Below are positions 1 to 10,701 of a DNA stretch of 16,508 nucleotides, piece by piece. The stretch's first letter is position 1; the number at the start of each line of letters is the position of its first letter. Origin of the DNA: Candidatus Methylomirabilia bacterium (GTDB taxonomy: Bacteria > Methylomirabilota > Methylomirabilia > Rokubacteriales > CSP1-6); contig JBGPXN010000094.1 of NCBI GenBank assembly GCA_041492755.1, forward strand, positions 1 to 16,508. The letters are read 5' to 3'. Both the position numbers and the translations under genes were made by a program. The notes below the pieces were generated by a model, which worked only from the letters and a program-made list of their open reading frames with translations, ran no database searches and was not told where the DNA came from.

Positions 1-6
1 AATCGT

Positions 7-27
7 GGGGAGCCAGCGGCGCTCCCC
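7..27 (-). terminator. possible terminator hairpin downstream of the small secreted protein gene
   Basis: GGGGAGC(7-13)/GCTCCCC(21-27) inverted repeat about 20 nt after the stop at 46. No U-tract is visible before the window edge. Confidence 0.3.
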
Positions 28-45
28 CCGATCGCTGACCCGTGA

Positions 46-498
46 CTAGAACCCGAGGCGCTTCATGCAGTCCCGGTAGGCCTGCTGGTAGGCTTGGTCG
101 CTCTGACCGGCAGCGGCCATACCTTGCAGCTGCGCATCCGCGCCCGACGCGGTGGCGCCGCTACCGCCCGAGGTGCCGGAGGTCGTGCCAGGGGAGCTGG
201 ACGACATTCCGCCGCTTGCGCCCGAGGTGGACCCGCCCGAGCCCGCGCCGGTGCTGGCGGAGCCGGACGCGCCCGGGGTGGAGGACGAGGAGGAGCTACC
301 GGGCGACGACGCGCTGGGCGCGCCGGAGGTGCCGCCCGCGCCGCTCGGTGAGGCGGACGGACTGGTGATTCGCGCCTGCGCCTCGCGATTACACGCGTCG
401 AAGTCGGCCTTGGTCGGATTCGCGGCCTGAGCTGGGCCGGACACGGCGAGCAAGCCGGCCGCCGTGACGGCGGCGATCGCGTAACGTGCTGACTTCAT
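46..498 (-). CDS. small secreted hypothetical protein with Gly/Ser-rich low-complexity linker between two Cys-containing segments
   Basis: Signal peptide MKSARYAIAAVTAAGLLAVSGPAQA (AQA cleavage site); AGGAGG RBS upstream; DFDACNREA ... YRDCMKRLGF flank about 75 aa of G/S/T/A/P. Confidence 0.8.
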   Translation of the reverse strand: MKSARYAIAAVTAAGLLAVSGPAQAANPTKADFDACNREAQARITSPSASPSGAGGTSGAPSASSPGSSSSSSTPGASGSASTGAGSGGSTSGASGGMSSSSPGTTSGTSGGSGATASGADAQLQGMAAAGQSDQAYQQAYRDCMKRLGF

Positions 499-641
499 GG
501 AAACCCCTCCTGTGGTGGTCGAGTCGGATTGCGCCTCGCGGCGTGCTCCCGACGAGCTTCAAGCCGGGTGCCAGTACGACTCGCGATGGCCGTTCGGATT
601 CACGCGTCGGCGGGGTAACAACGACAAAACCGTCCCGTGTC

Positions 642-670
642 TTGCGGGTTCTGCGCCTCCTCAGTATTCT
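642..670 (+). promoter_or_regulatory. putative sigma70 promoter for tRNA-Leu-tig-clpP-clpX
   Basis: TTGCGG(642-647), 17 bp spacer, TATTCT(665-670), 40 nt upstream of the tRNA. Confidence 0.55.
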
Positions 671-710
671 GTGGAGCGGTATGCCCGCGTGATTCGGCAT
701 GTCCCAACGG

Positions 711-798
711 GCGAGAGTGGCGAAATTGGCAGACGCGCTGGACTTAGGATCCAGTGGGCCAAAAGCCCTTGGGGGTTCAACTCCCCCCTCTCGCACCA
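711..798 (+). tRNA. tRNA-Leu (anticodon TAG)
   Basis: Acceptor stem GCGAGAG/CTCTCGC, discriminator A plus encoded CCA, anticodon arm CTGGA-CT TAG GA-TCCAG (TAG at 745-747), long variable arm, T-loop GTTCAAC. Confidence 0.97.
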
Positions 799-833
799 CT
801 CCCCGATGAAGAGTTGACGATGAAAGGTCCTCA

Positions 834-2105
834 ATGGACGTAAAGGTCAGGGAACTCGAGGGGTGCAAGCGGCGACTGGAAGTCGAGGCGCCGTTGGACC
901 TTGTGCAACGAGAGTGGCAGCGCGCCTACGGCCGTGTTCAGAAGCAGGCCAGCCTTCCGGGATTCCGCAAGGGTCACGTCCCCCGCTCGCTCGTGAAGCT
1001 GCACTTCGCGGCTGATGTCCGGCGTGAAGTTGCCGAGCATCTGATCCCTGCGGTGTACAAGGAGGCGGTCGAGAAGGAAAAGCTCGAGCCGGTCAGCGAG
1101 CCCGACCTGGAAGACGTGAAGCTCGAAGAGGACGCCCCGCTCTCGTTCGTGGCCGTCATCGAAGTCAAGCCGACCATCGCGCTCGGCGACTACACGGGGG
1201 TGGCGGTCCAGCACGCGGCCGTCCCCGTGAACGACGGGGACGTGCAGCAGACCCTCGACGGCATGCGGGAGCAGCAGGCCCAGTTCCGGAGCGTGGAGCG
1301 GGCGGCCGCGCCCGGCGACCTCGTCATCGTCGACTACGCGTTGAGCCCGCAGGACCACGATCCGTCGACCGCCACCGGCTACCAGTTCCTCGTCGGCAGC
1401 GGCGGGGTGATGCCGGAGATCGATCAGGCCGTGGCCGGGCTGCGGGCGGGTGAGCAGCGCGAGATCGGTCTGCGCTTCCCCGACGACCATCGCCTGGAGA
1501 GCCTCCGCGGCAAATCGGGCACCGCGAAGGTCACCGTCACCGAGATCAAGGAAAAGGTGCTTCCGGACCTCGACGACGAGTTCGCGAAGTCACTGGGCGA
1601 GTTCGAGAACCTCGAGGCGGTGCGGGCGCAAGTCCGCAAGCAGCTCGAGGCCCGCCGCACCGGTGACGAGCGGCGGGAGCTGGAGGACAAGGTCGTCGAC
1701 GCCGTCATCGCGCGGCACGAGTTCGTCGTCCCCGACGCGATGGTGATGCGGCAGGTCGCGCATCAGGTCGAGCACGCGCGCGAGCGCATGCGCCGCCAGG
1801 GCATCGATCCCGACCGCGTGCCCTGGGACTACGACAAGCTGATCCCGGAGCTGCGGCCCGACGCCGAGCGCGGCGTGCGGCGCACGCTCCTCCTCGACGC
1901 CATCGCGACCAAGGAGGGCGTCGCGCCCACCGAGGCCGACGTCGACGCCGAGGTCGAGAAGATCGCCGAGGCGGGCCGGCGGCCGGCGGCCGCGGTCAGG
2001 CGTATGATGGAGAAGAGCGGCGAGCTCGAGAGCCTCCAGCACGCGCTTCGCGAGCGTCGAACTCTCGATTTCCTCATCCAGAACGCGAGCATCACGGCAC
2101 CATGA
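834..2105 (+). CDS. tig: trigger factor
   Basis: Ribosome-binding signature [12 protein letters not shown]-like middle domain, 423 aa, typical tRNA-Leu-tig-clpP-clpX order. Confidence 0.96.
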   Translation: MDVKVRELEGCKRRLEVEAPLDLVQREWQRAYGRVQKQASLPGFRKGHVPRSLVKLHFAADVRREVAEHLIPAVYKEAVEKEKLEPVSEPDLEDVKLEEDAPLSFVAVIEVKPTIALGDYTGVAVQHAAVPVNDGDVQQTLDGMREQQAQFRSVERAAAPGDLVIVDYALSPQDHDPSTATGYQFLVGSGGVMPEIDQAVAGLRAGEQREIGLRFPDDHRLESLRGKSGTAKVTVTEIKEKVLPDLDDEFAKSLGEFENLEAVRAQVRKQLEARRTGDERRELEDKVVDAVIARHEFVVPDAMVMRQVAHQVEHARERMRRQGIDPDRVPWDYDKLIPELRPDAERGVRRTLLLDAIATKEGVAPTEADVDAEVEKIAEAGRRPAAAVRRMMEKSGELESLQHALRERRTLDFLIQNASITAP

Positions 2106-2155
2106 AATACCCCGGTGTCCCGGCGAAGCGTTCCGCTGCAACGAAGGAGAAGGTC

Positions 2156-2794
2156 ATGGCGTTGGTCCCGATGGTGATCGAGCAGACGCCCCGCGGCGAG
2201 CGGGCGTTCGACATCTTTTCCCGACTCCTCAAGGAGCGGATCATCTTCCTGCCGACCTTCATCGAGGACGAGCTGGCCAACCTGGTCATCGCGCAGATGC
2301 TCTTCCTGGAGGCCGAGGATCCCGACAAGGACATCTTCCTCTACATCAACTCGCCGGGCGGCTCGGTCACGGCGGGCATGGCGATCTACGACACCATGCA
2401 GTACGTGAAACCGGCCATCTCGACGATCTGCATGGGACAGGCGGCGTCCATGGGCGCGCTCCTGCTCTGCGCGGGCGCCAAGGGCAAGCGCTTCGCGCTG
2501 CCGCACGCGCGCATCATGATCCACCAGCCGCTCGGCGGCGTGCAGGGCCAGGCCACCGACATCGACATCCAGGCCAAGGAAATCCTGAGAATGCGCGAGG
2601 AGCTCAACCAGATCCTCGTACACCACACCGATCAGAAAATGGAGAAGATCCAGCGCGACACCGACCGGGACTTTTTCATGACGGCCGAGCAAGCCAAGGA
2701 CTATAGAATCGTCGACGACGTGATCTCCTCGAAACCCACCACGCGTCCGGTCACCGAAGCCGCCGCGCTGGCCGCGGCCCAGAGCCAGAAGTAG
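2156..2794 (+). CDS. clpP: ATP-dependent Clp protease proteolytic subunit
   Basis: [34 protein letters not shown], catalytic GQAASMG / IMIHQP / DRD. Start moved to ATG 2156 (AAGGAG RBS upstream). Confidence 0.97.
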   Translation: MALVPMVIEQTPRGERAFDIFSRLLKERIIFLPTFIEDELANLVIAQMLFLEAEDPDKDIFLYINSPGGSVTAGMAIYDTMQYVKPAISTICMGQAASMGALLLCAGAKGKRFALPHARIMIHQPLGGVQGQATDIDIQAKEILRMREELNQILVHHTDQKMEKIQRDTDRDFFMTAEQAKDYRIVDDVISSKPTTRPVTEAAALAAAQSQK

Positions 2795-2816
2795 TCGAGG
2801 GCAGGAGCCAGGTCGG

Positions 2817-4064
<1,248 letters not shown>

Positions 4065-4130
4065 CCGCACACCCGGCCGGCCGGGAACCTCGCCGCGGGG
4101 CTCCGAGTTGGCTCTAGCCGGGGGGCACCA

Positions 4131-5564
4131 GTGACAATCACGAGGGTCGCCGCTCAGCCGATCGCTCGCGAGGTCCCCGACCTCCACCGACTCTTTCAGC
4201 TCCAGCAGCATGCCTTCCGCCTCCATCCGAATCCATCGGCCCGGGAACGGCGAGCGCATCTGAGCACGGTGTGTCGCCTGCTCCGGGACCACGGCGACGA
4301 CATCGCCGCGGCGATCGGCGAGGACTTCGGCCATCGCTCCCCGCACGAGACCCGAATCCTCGAGCTGTTCCCCTCGCTGCAGGCGGCGAAGCACGCGCGG
4401 GCACGGGTGACGAGGTGGATGCGGCCCGAGCGCAAGCCGGTTGCCCTGTGGTTCCGCCCGGGTCGCGCCCGCGTGGTCAAGCAACCCCTCGGGGTGATCG
4501 GCGTCATCGTGCCGTGGAACTATCCGCTCTTTCTCTCGGTGGGCCCGCTGGTGTCCGCGCTGGCGGCCGGCAACCGCGTCATGATCAAGATGTCGGAGTT
4601 CACGCCCCGCTTCGCGGAGCTGTTCGCGCGCCTCGTCGCGGACGCGTTCGCGTCCGACCACGTGGCCGTCGTCACCGGAGCCGTCGACATCGCGCGCGCC
4701 TTCGCCACCAAACCCTTCGATCACCTGCTGTTCACGGGCTCGTCATCGGTCGGCCGACAGGTGATGCGCGCGGCGGCGGAGAACCTCACGCCGGTCACGC
4801 TCGAGCTCGGCGGCAAGTCGCCGGCCATCATCGCGCCCGGCTTCCCGGTGGACGAAGCGGCTCGCCGCATCATGTGGGGCAAGTGCCTCAACGCCGGCCA
4901 GACCTGCATCGCCCCCGACTACGTCCTGCTGCCCGCGGACCAGCTGCCGCGCTTCATCGAGGCCGCGGGCGACGAGGTGCGGCGGCTCTATCCGGCCGGC
5001 GCGGCGAGCGCCGATTACACCGCCATCATCGACGCCCGCCACTACCGGCGGTTGCTCGGCTATCTCGAAGAAGCGCGAGCCAAGGGCGCGCAGACGCTGC
5101 CGCTGGCCGGCGGTGGGTCCGACGTCACGCGCAAGCTCCCTCCAACCCTCGTCACCGGCGTCACTCACGACATGTGCGTCATGCAGGACGAGATCTTCGG
5201 TCCGCTGCTCCCCGTCGTGCCCTATCGCACTCTCGACGAGGCGCTCGCGGACGTGGCCGACCGCCCCCGCCCGCTCGCCATGTACTACTTCGACCGTGAC
5301 CGCGCGCGCATCGACCGAGTGCTCGATCGGTCCATGGCCGGCGGTGTCACCATCAACGAGACGATCCTGCACATCGCGCAGGACGAGCTGCCGTTCGGCG
5401 GCGTCGGCGCGAGCGGCATGGGCCACTACCACGGCGAGGCCGGCTTCACCACCTTCTCCAAGCGCAAGGGCGTCTTCGTGCAGTCCCGGCTCAACGGCGT
5501 GCGGCTGTTCAAGCCGCCGTACGGGAAACGCGTCGAGCGACTCCTGAAGCTGATCCTGAGGTGA
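4131..5564 (+). CDS. NAD(P)-dependent aldehyde dehydrogenase, coniferyl-aldehyde dehydrogenase (CalB)-like
   Basis: PWNYP, FTGS, LELGGKSP (catalytic Glu), GQTCIAPDY (catalytic Cys), EIFGP, LPFGGVGASGMGHYHG. GTG start is approximate. Confidence 0.9.
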   Translation: MTITRVAAQPIAREVPDLHRLFQLQQHAFRLHPNPSARERRAHLSTVCRLLRDHGDDIAAAIGEDFGHRSPHETRILELFPSLQAAKHARARVTRWMRPERKPVALWFRPGRARVVKQPLGVIGVIVPWNYPLFLSVGPLVSALAAGNRVMIKMSEFTPRFAELFARLVADAFASDHVAVVTGAVDIARAFATKPFDHLLFTGSSSVGRQVMRAAAENLTPVTLELGGKSPAIIAPGFPVDEAARRIMWGKCLNAGQTCIAPDYVLLPADQLPRFIEAAGDEVRRLYPAGAASADYTAIIDARHYRRLLGYLEEARAKGAQTLPLAGGGSDVTRKLPPTLVTGVTHDMCVMQDEIFGPLLPVVPYRTLDEALADVADRPRPLAMYYFDRDRARIDRVLDRSMAGGVTINETILHIAQDELPFGGVGASGMGHYHGEAGFTTFSKRKGVFVQSRLNGVRLFKPPYGKRVERLLKLILR

Positions 5565-5640
5565 GCCGAACCGTGCCCGCGCGGCGTGTCATCAGAAACA
5601 GGGAGTACCCAATCCGGTCCTCGACAGGATTGAACAGAAG

Positions 5641-6327
5641 CTGAACGCGCTCGTCGGCACGCTCTTCGTCGTCGCCACCCCCCTCGGCAACCTGGAGGAC
5701 ATCACCTTCCGCGCGCTCCGGGTGCTCAAAGAAGTCGACCTCGTCGCGTGCGAGGACACGCGGCGCACGCGGGCGTTGCTCACGCACTTCGACATCCACA
5801 AGCCGACCGTCAGCTACTACGAGCACAACAAGCTCGCCCGCGGGTCGCAGATCATCCGCCAGCTCGAGGAGGGGAAATCCGTGGCGCTGGTCACCGACGC
5901 GGGGACACCCGGGATCTCTGATCCCGGCTTCCTGCTCGTGCGCGACGCGCGCGCCGCCGGCATCCCGGTCGTTCCCGTTCCGGGGCCGGCGGCGGTGGTG
6001 ACGGCCTTGAGCGCCGCCGGCATGCCCGCGGACCGATTTTTCTTCGACGGCTTTCCGCCGGTCAAGCCGGGGAAGCGGCGAAACCGTCTGGCCGCGCTGC
6101 GTGAGCTCGGGACGACGGTGGTGCTCTACGAATCCCCCCACCGGATCGTGGCGACGCTCGAGGCCGTTCGCGACGTGTTCGGCGACGGTGCCATCGTCGT
6201 CGCGCGCGAGCTGACCAAGCAGTTCGAGGAGATCGTCAGCGCGCCGCCGTCGGCGCATCTGGAGCGGCTGGCGGCCGGGCCGATTCGCGGCGAATTCACG
6301 GTGGTCATCCCGCCTGCGCGCGACTGA
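5641..6327 (+). CDS. rsmI: 16S rRNA (cytidine1402-2'-O)-methyltransferase
   Basis: GTLFVVATPLGNLEDITFRA (in frame upstream of the called GTG 5722), ACEDTR, LVTDAGTPGISDPG, YESPHR, ARELTKQFEE, RGEF. The true start is uncertain (CTG 5641 or ATT 5629). Confidence 0.93.
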   Translation: MNALVGTLFVVATPLGNLEDITFRALRVLKEVDLVACEDTRRTRALLTHFDIHKPTVSYYEHNKLARGSQIIRQLEEGKSVALVTDAGTPGISDPGFLLVRDARAAGIPVVPVPGPAAVVTALSAAGMPADRFFFDGFPPVKPGKRRNRLAALRELGTTVVLYESPHRIVATLEAVRDVFGDGAIVVARELTKQFEEIVSAPPSAHLERLAAGPIRGEFTVVIPPARD

Positions 6328-6374
6328 CCGGCGGTGCCGCGGGACCGATGGGCCGCTCCGGGCGACGGATGGGT

Positions 6375-6403
6375 TTGTGGGCCCTCCAACCGCCGCGTAT
6401 ACT
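6375..6403 (+). promoter_or_regulatory. putative sigma70 promoter of thiD, short or no leader
   Basis: TTGTGG(6375-6380), 17 bp spacer, TATACT(6398-6403); ATG 6414 lies 10 nt after the -10. Confidence 0.55.
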
Positions 6404-6413
6404 CAGTGAGTCC

Positions 6414-7202
6414 ATGGGTGTCCCCACCGCGTTGACCATCGCCGGTTCGGACTCCGGCGGGGGCGCCGGTATCCAGGCGGATCTGAAGACCTTCTCGGCG
6501 TTCCGGGTGTTCGGGATGTCGGTCTTGACTGCGCTCACCGCCCAGAATTCCATCGGCGTCCACGGGGTGCACAATGTGCCGCCGGAGTTCGTGGCGCAGC
6601 AGATCGACGTCGTTCTGGACGACTTCGGCGCCGACGCCGTGAAGGTCGGCATGCTGTCCACGGCGCCGATCGTTCGCGCGGTCGCGGCGCGGCTGCGCGC
6701 GCACGCGCCACAACGCATCGTCGTCGATCCCGTGATGATCGCGAAGTCGGGTGATCCGTTGCTCCAGCCCGACGCGCGCGATGCGCTCGTGCGCGAGATG
6801 CTGCCGCTCGCCACCGTGGTGACCCCCAACCTGCACGAGGCGGCGGCCCTGGCCGGAATCAGCGTGGAGACCGAGCAGGAGATGGAAGAGGCGGCGCGGC
6901 GAATCCACGCGCTCGGGCCCCGGCACGTGCTGGTGAAGGGCGGGCACCTGAAAGACTCGGCGACCGATCTCCTGTGGGACGGCAAGGAGATGGTCCGGTA
7001 CACGGCGCCGCGGATCGATTCGCCCAACACCCACGGCACCGGCTGCACGTATTCCTCCGCGATTGCCGCCGGGCTGGCCCTCGGGGAACCGCTGCCGGAG
7101 GCCGTCCGTCGCGCGAAAGCGTACGTCACGGCCACCATTCGCGAGGGATTCCAGGCCGGGCACGGAGTGGGCGCGCTCCGGCATTTCGTCGAGCGGTGGT
7201 AG
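6414..7202 (+). CDS. thiD: hydroxymethylpyrimidine/phosphomethylpyrimidine kinase
   Basis: ALTIAGSDSGGGAGIQADLKTF, TALTAQN, VKVGML, DPVM, TPNLHEA, LVKGGH, THGTGCTYSSAI. Start moved to ATG 6414. Confidence 0.96.
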   Translation: MGVPTALTIAGSDSGGGAGIQADLKTFSAFRVFGMSVLTALTAQNSIGVHGVHNVPPEFVAQQIDVVLDDFGADAVKVGMLSTAPIVRAVAARLRAHAPQRIVVDPVMIAKSGDPLLQPDARDALVREMLPLATVVTPNLHEAAALAGISVETEQEMEEAARRIHALGPRHVLVKGGHLKDSATDLLWDGKEMVRYTAPRIDSPNTHGTGCTYSSAIAAGLALGEPLPEAVRRAKAYVTATIREGFQAGHGVGALRHFVERW

Positions 7203-7231
7203 TGATCGCCGTCGGCGGGCGCAGGTAGGTC

Positions 7232-7987
7232 ATGGCACGAGCCGTCGGAGACAAGATGCCGTTCATGGAGCACCTGGGTGAGCTGCGCGTCCGCATCGTC
7301 CGCGTGCTCATCGGCGTGCTCGTGGGATTGCTCATCGCCTTCCCGGCGAGTCAGTACATCGTCGACTGGCTGGCCCGGCCCATCAGGGCGACCGGTAACA
7401 CGCTGGTCTTCCTGGCCGTGACCGAAGCGTTCTGGGTGCAGATGAAGGTCGCGCTCATCGCGGGCGTGTTCATCGCCTCGCCGGTCGTGCTCTGGCAGGT
7501 GTGGGCGTTCGTCTCCCCCGGCTTGCACCATCACGAGAAGAAATACGCCATCCCGTTCGTGCTCATCGGCTCGCTGCTCTTCCTCGGGGGCGGCGCCTTC
7601 GCGCTGAAGATCATCGTTCCCTACGCGGTGACGTTCCTGCTCGGCTACAGCCGGCCCGGTCTGCAGCCGATGATCTCGATCGGCAGCTACGTGGACTTCG
7701 TGCTGAAGTTCACGCTCGCGTTCGGCGCCATCTTCGAGCTCCCGCTCGCGATCACGCTGGCCGCCCGGATGGGCTTTGTCACGCCGCAACTTTTGGCGAA
7801 GAACCGCAAGTACGCGATCCTCGGCGCGTTCATCGTGGCGGCCGTGCTCACGCCCACGCCGGATGCCTTCAACCAGGCGCTGATGGCCGGTCCGCTGATC
7901 ATCCTGTACGAGATCGGCATCCTCTCCGCCCGCATCTTCGCGCGGGGAGCGAAAAAGCCGCCCGCGCCCGCGGAGCCCCCGGTGTGA
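7232..7987 (+). CDS. tatC: twin-arginine translocase subunit TatC
   Basis: MPFMEHLGELRVRI, WAFVSPGL, FELP, AAVLTPTPD, LYEIGI; multiple TM helices. Confidence 0.96.
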   Translation: MARAVGDKMPFMEHLGELRVRIVRVLIGVLVGLLIAFPASQYIVDWLARPIRATGNTLVFLAVTEAFWVQMKVALIAGVFIASPVVLWQVWAFVSPGLHHHEKKYAIPFVLIGSLLFLGGGAFALKIIVPYAVTFLLGYSRPGLQPMISIGSYVDFVLKFTLAFGAIFELPLAITLAARMGFVTPQLLAKNRKYAILGAFIVAAVLTPTPDAFNQALMAGPLIILYEIGILSARIFARGAKKPPAPAEPPV

Positions 7988-8069
7988 AGGCCGTCGAGCT
8001 GCTCGGGGTGGACTATCGCGAGCATCTTCGGCTGACCGAGCGACTCGGGCAGCTCGGGTGCCCGATCTG

Positions 8070-9581
<1,512 letters not shown>

Positions 9582-9585
9582 CTGG

Positions 9586-10701
9586 CTACGGCGCCCAGTC
9601 GGCGACGAAGACGTTGATGTCGCGCGGCGCGGCGGCCTGGCGGCTCGACGAGAACACCAGTTTGGTTCCATCGCGCGTGAACATCGGGAACGATGCGAAG
9701 GGCTCCGTCCACGTCACGCGCTCGAGGCCGCTGCCGTCCATGTTGACCAGGTAGAGGGCGAAGCTGCGGCCGCTCGGGTCGTGGAGGTTCGACGAGAAGA
9801 TGATCTGCTGGCCGTTCGGGTGCATGAACGGCGCGAAGTTGGCGGCGCCGTTGCGGGTGACCTGCCGTACGCCGGTGCCGTCCGCCTTCATCACGAAGAT
9901 CTCGAGCGTGCGCGGGCGTACCAGCGAGCGCCGCAGCAGGTCGAGGTATTCGTCACGCTCGGCGGTCGTCTCCGGGTACCCCGCGCGGTACACGATGGAG
10001 CGGCCATCCCACGAGAAGAACGGACCGCCGTCGTAGCCGAGACGATCGGTGAGACGACGAACGTTGCCGCCGTCGGTGTCCATGACGTAGAGGTCGAGGT
10101 CGCCCGCGCGCAACGACGTGAAGACGATCCGCGCGCCGTCGGGCGACAGGGCGCCCTCGGCGTCGTAGCCCTCGTTGGTGGTGAGGCGGGTGAGTCGTCC
10201 GCCGTCGGGATCCGCCGAGTAGATCTCGTAGGACGGATAGATCGCCCACACGTAACCGGTGCTCCGGTCCGCGGGGGGCGGGCAGGCGGCGGCGGCGTGG
10301 TGCGTCGACGCGTAGATGAACCGGCGCCCGTCGGGAAAGAAGAAGGCGCACGTCGTGCGGCCGGTGCCGGTCGAGACGAGGCGCACGTCGCTGCCGTCGT
10401 CGCGCATGGTGAAGATCTGGTCGCAGCCGTACGGTGGACGCGTCGACTGGAACACGAGCCGCGTGCCCGTCCCGTCCCAGTAGGCTTCGGCGTTCTGCCC
10501 GCCGAACGTGAGCTGTCTGAGGTTCGCGAGGTGTCGCTCGCGCGGATCCACGGGCGCCGAACGCGCGGGCGCCGCCGGCAGGGGCGCCGGCTGCGCGCTC
10601 CCGAGTCCGGGCGCGGCCAGCGCCGTCACGGCGCCGAGTCCGCCCAGCAGGAGATCGCGCCTCGTCGCGCCCGTCGCCGGCCAATCGTGCGGCTGACTCA
10701 T
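9586..10701 (-). CDS. TolB-like PD40 beta-propeller protein with Tat signal peptide
   Basis: TRRDLL twin-arginine motif plus hydrophobic stretch; repeated SPDG/SWDG/HPNG..IVF.S units; ATGA overlap with the upstream M28 stop. Confidence 0.88.
   Translation of the reverse strand: MSQPHDWPATGATRRDLLLGGLGAVTALAAPGLGSAQPAPLPAAPARSAPVDPRERHLANLRQLTFGGQNAEAYWDGTGTRLVFQSTRPPYGCDQIFTMRDDGSDVRLVSTGTGRTTCAFFFPDGRRFIYASTHHAAAACPPPADRSTGYVWAIYPSYEIYSADPDGGRLTRLTTNEGYDAEGALSPDGARIVFTSLRAGDLDLYVMDTDGGNVRRLTDRLGYDGGPFFSWDGRSIVYRAGYPETTAERDEYLDLLRRSLVRPRTLEIFVMKADGTGVRQVTRNGAANFAPFMHPNGQQIIFSSNLHDPSGRSFALYLVNMDGSGLERVTWTEPFASFPMFTRDGTKLVFSSSRQAAAPRDINVFVADWAP

Noticed and set aside
711..833. tRNA-Leu as an integration site for a genomic island
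   Set aside because: No integrase, no duplicated tRNA 3' end seen in the window, and tig follows directly.
389..868. ORFs 389..868 (-), 486..692 (+) and 497..817 (+)
   Set aside because: They overlap the tRNA-Leu and its promoter and show no protein-like features.
2102..2155. N-terminal extension of ClpP from ATG 2102 (overlapping the tig stop)
   Set aside because: The conserved ClpP N-terminus and a good SD point to ATG 2156, although coupling from 2102 cannot be excluded.
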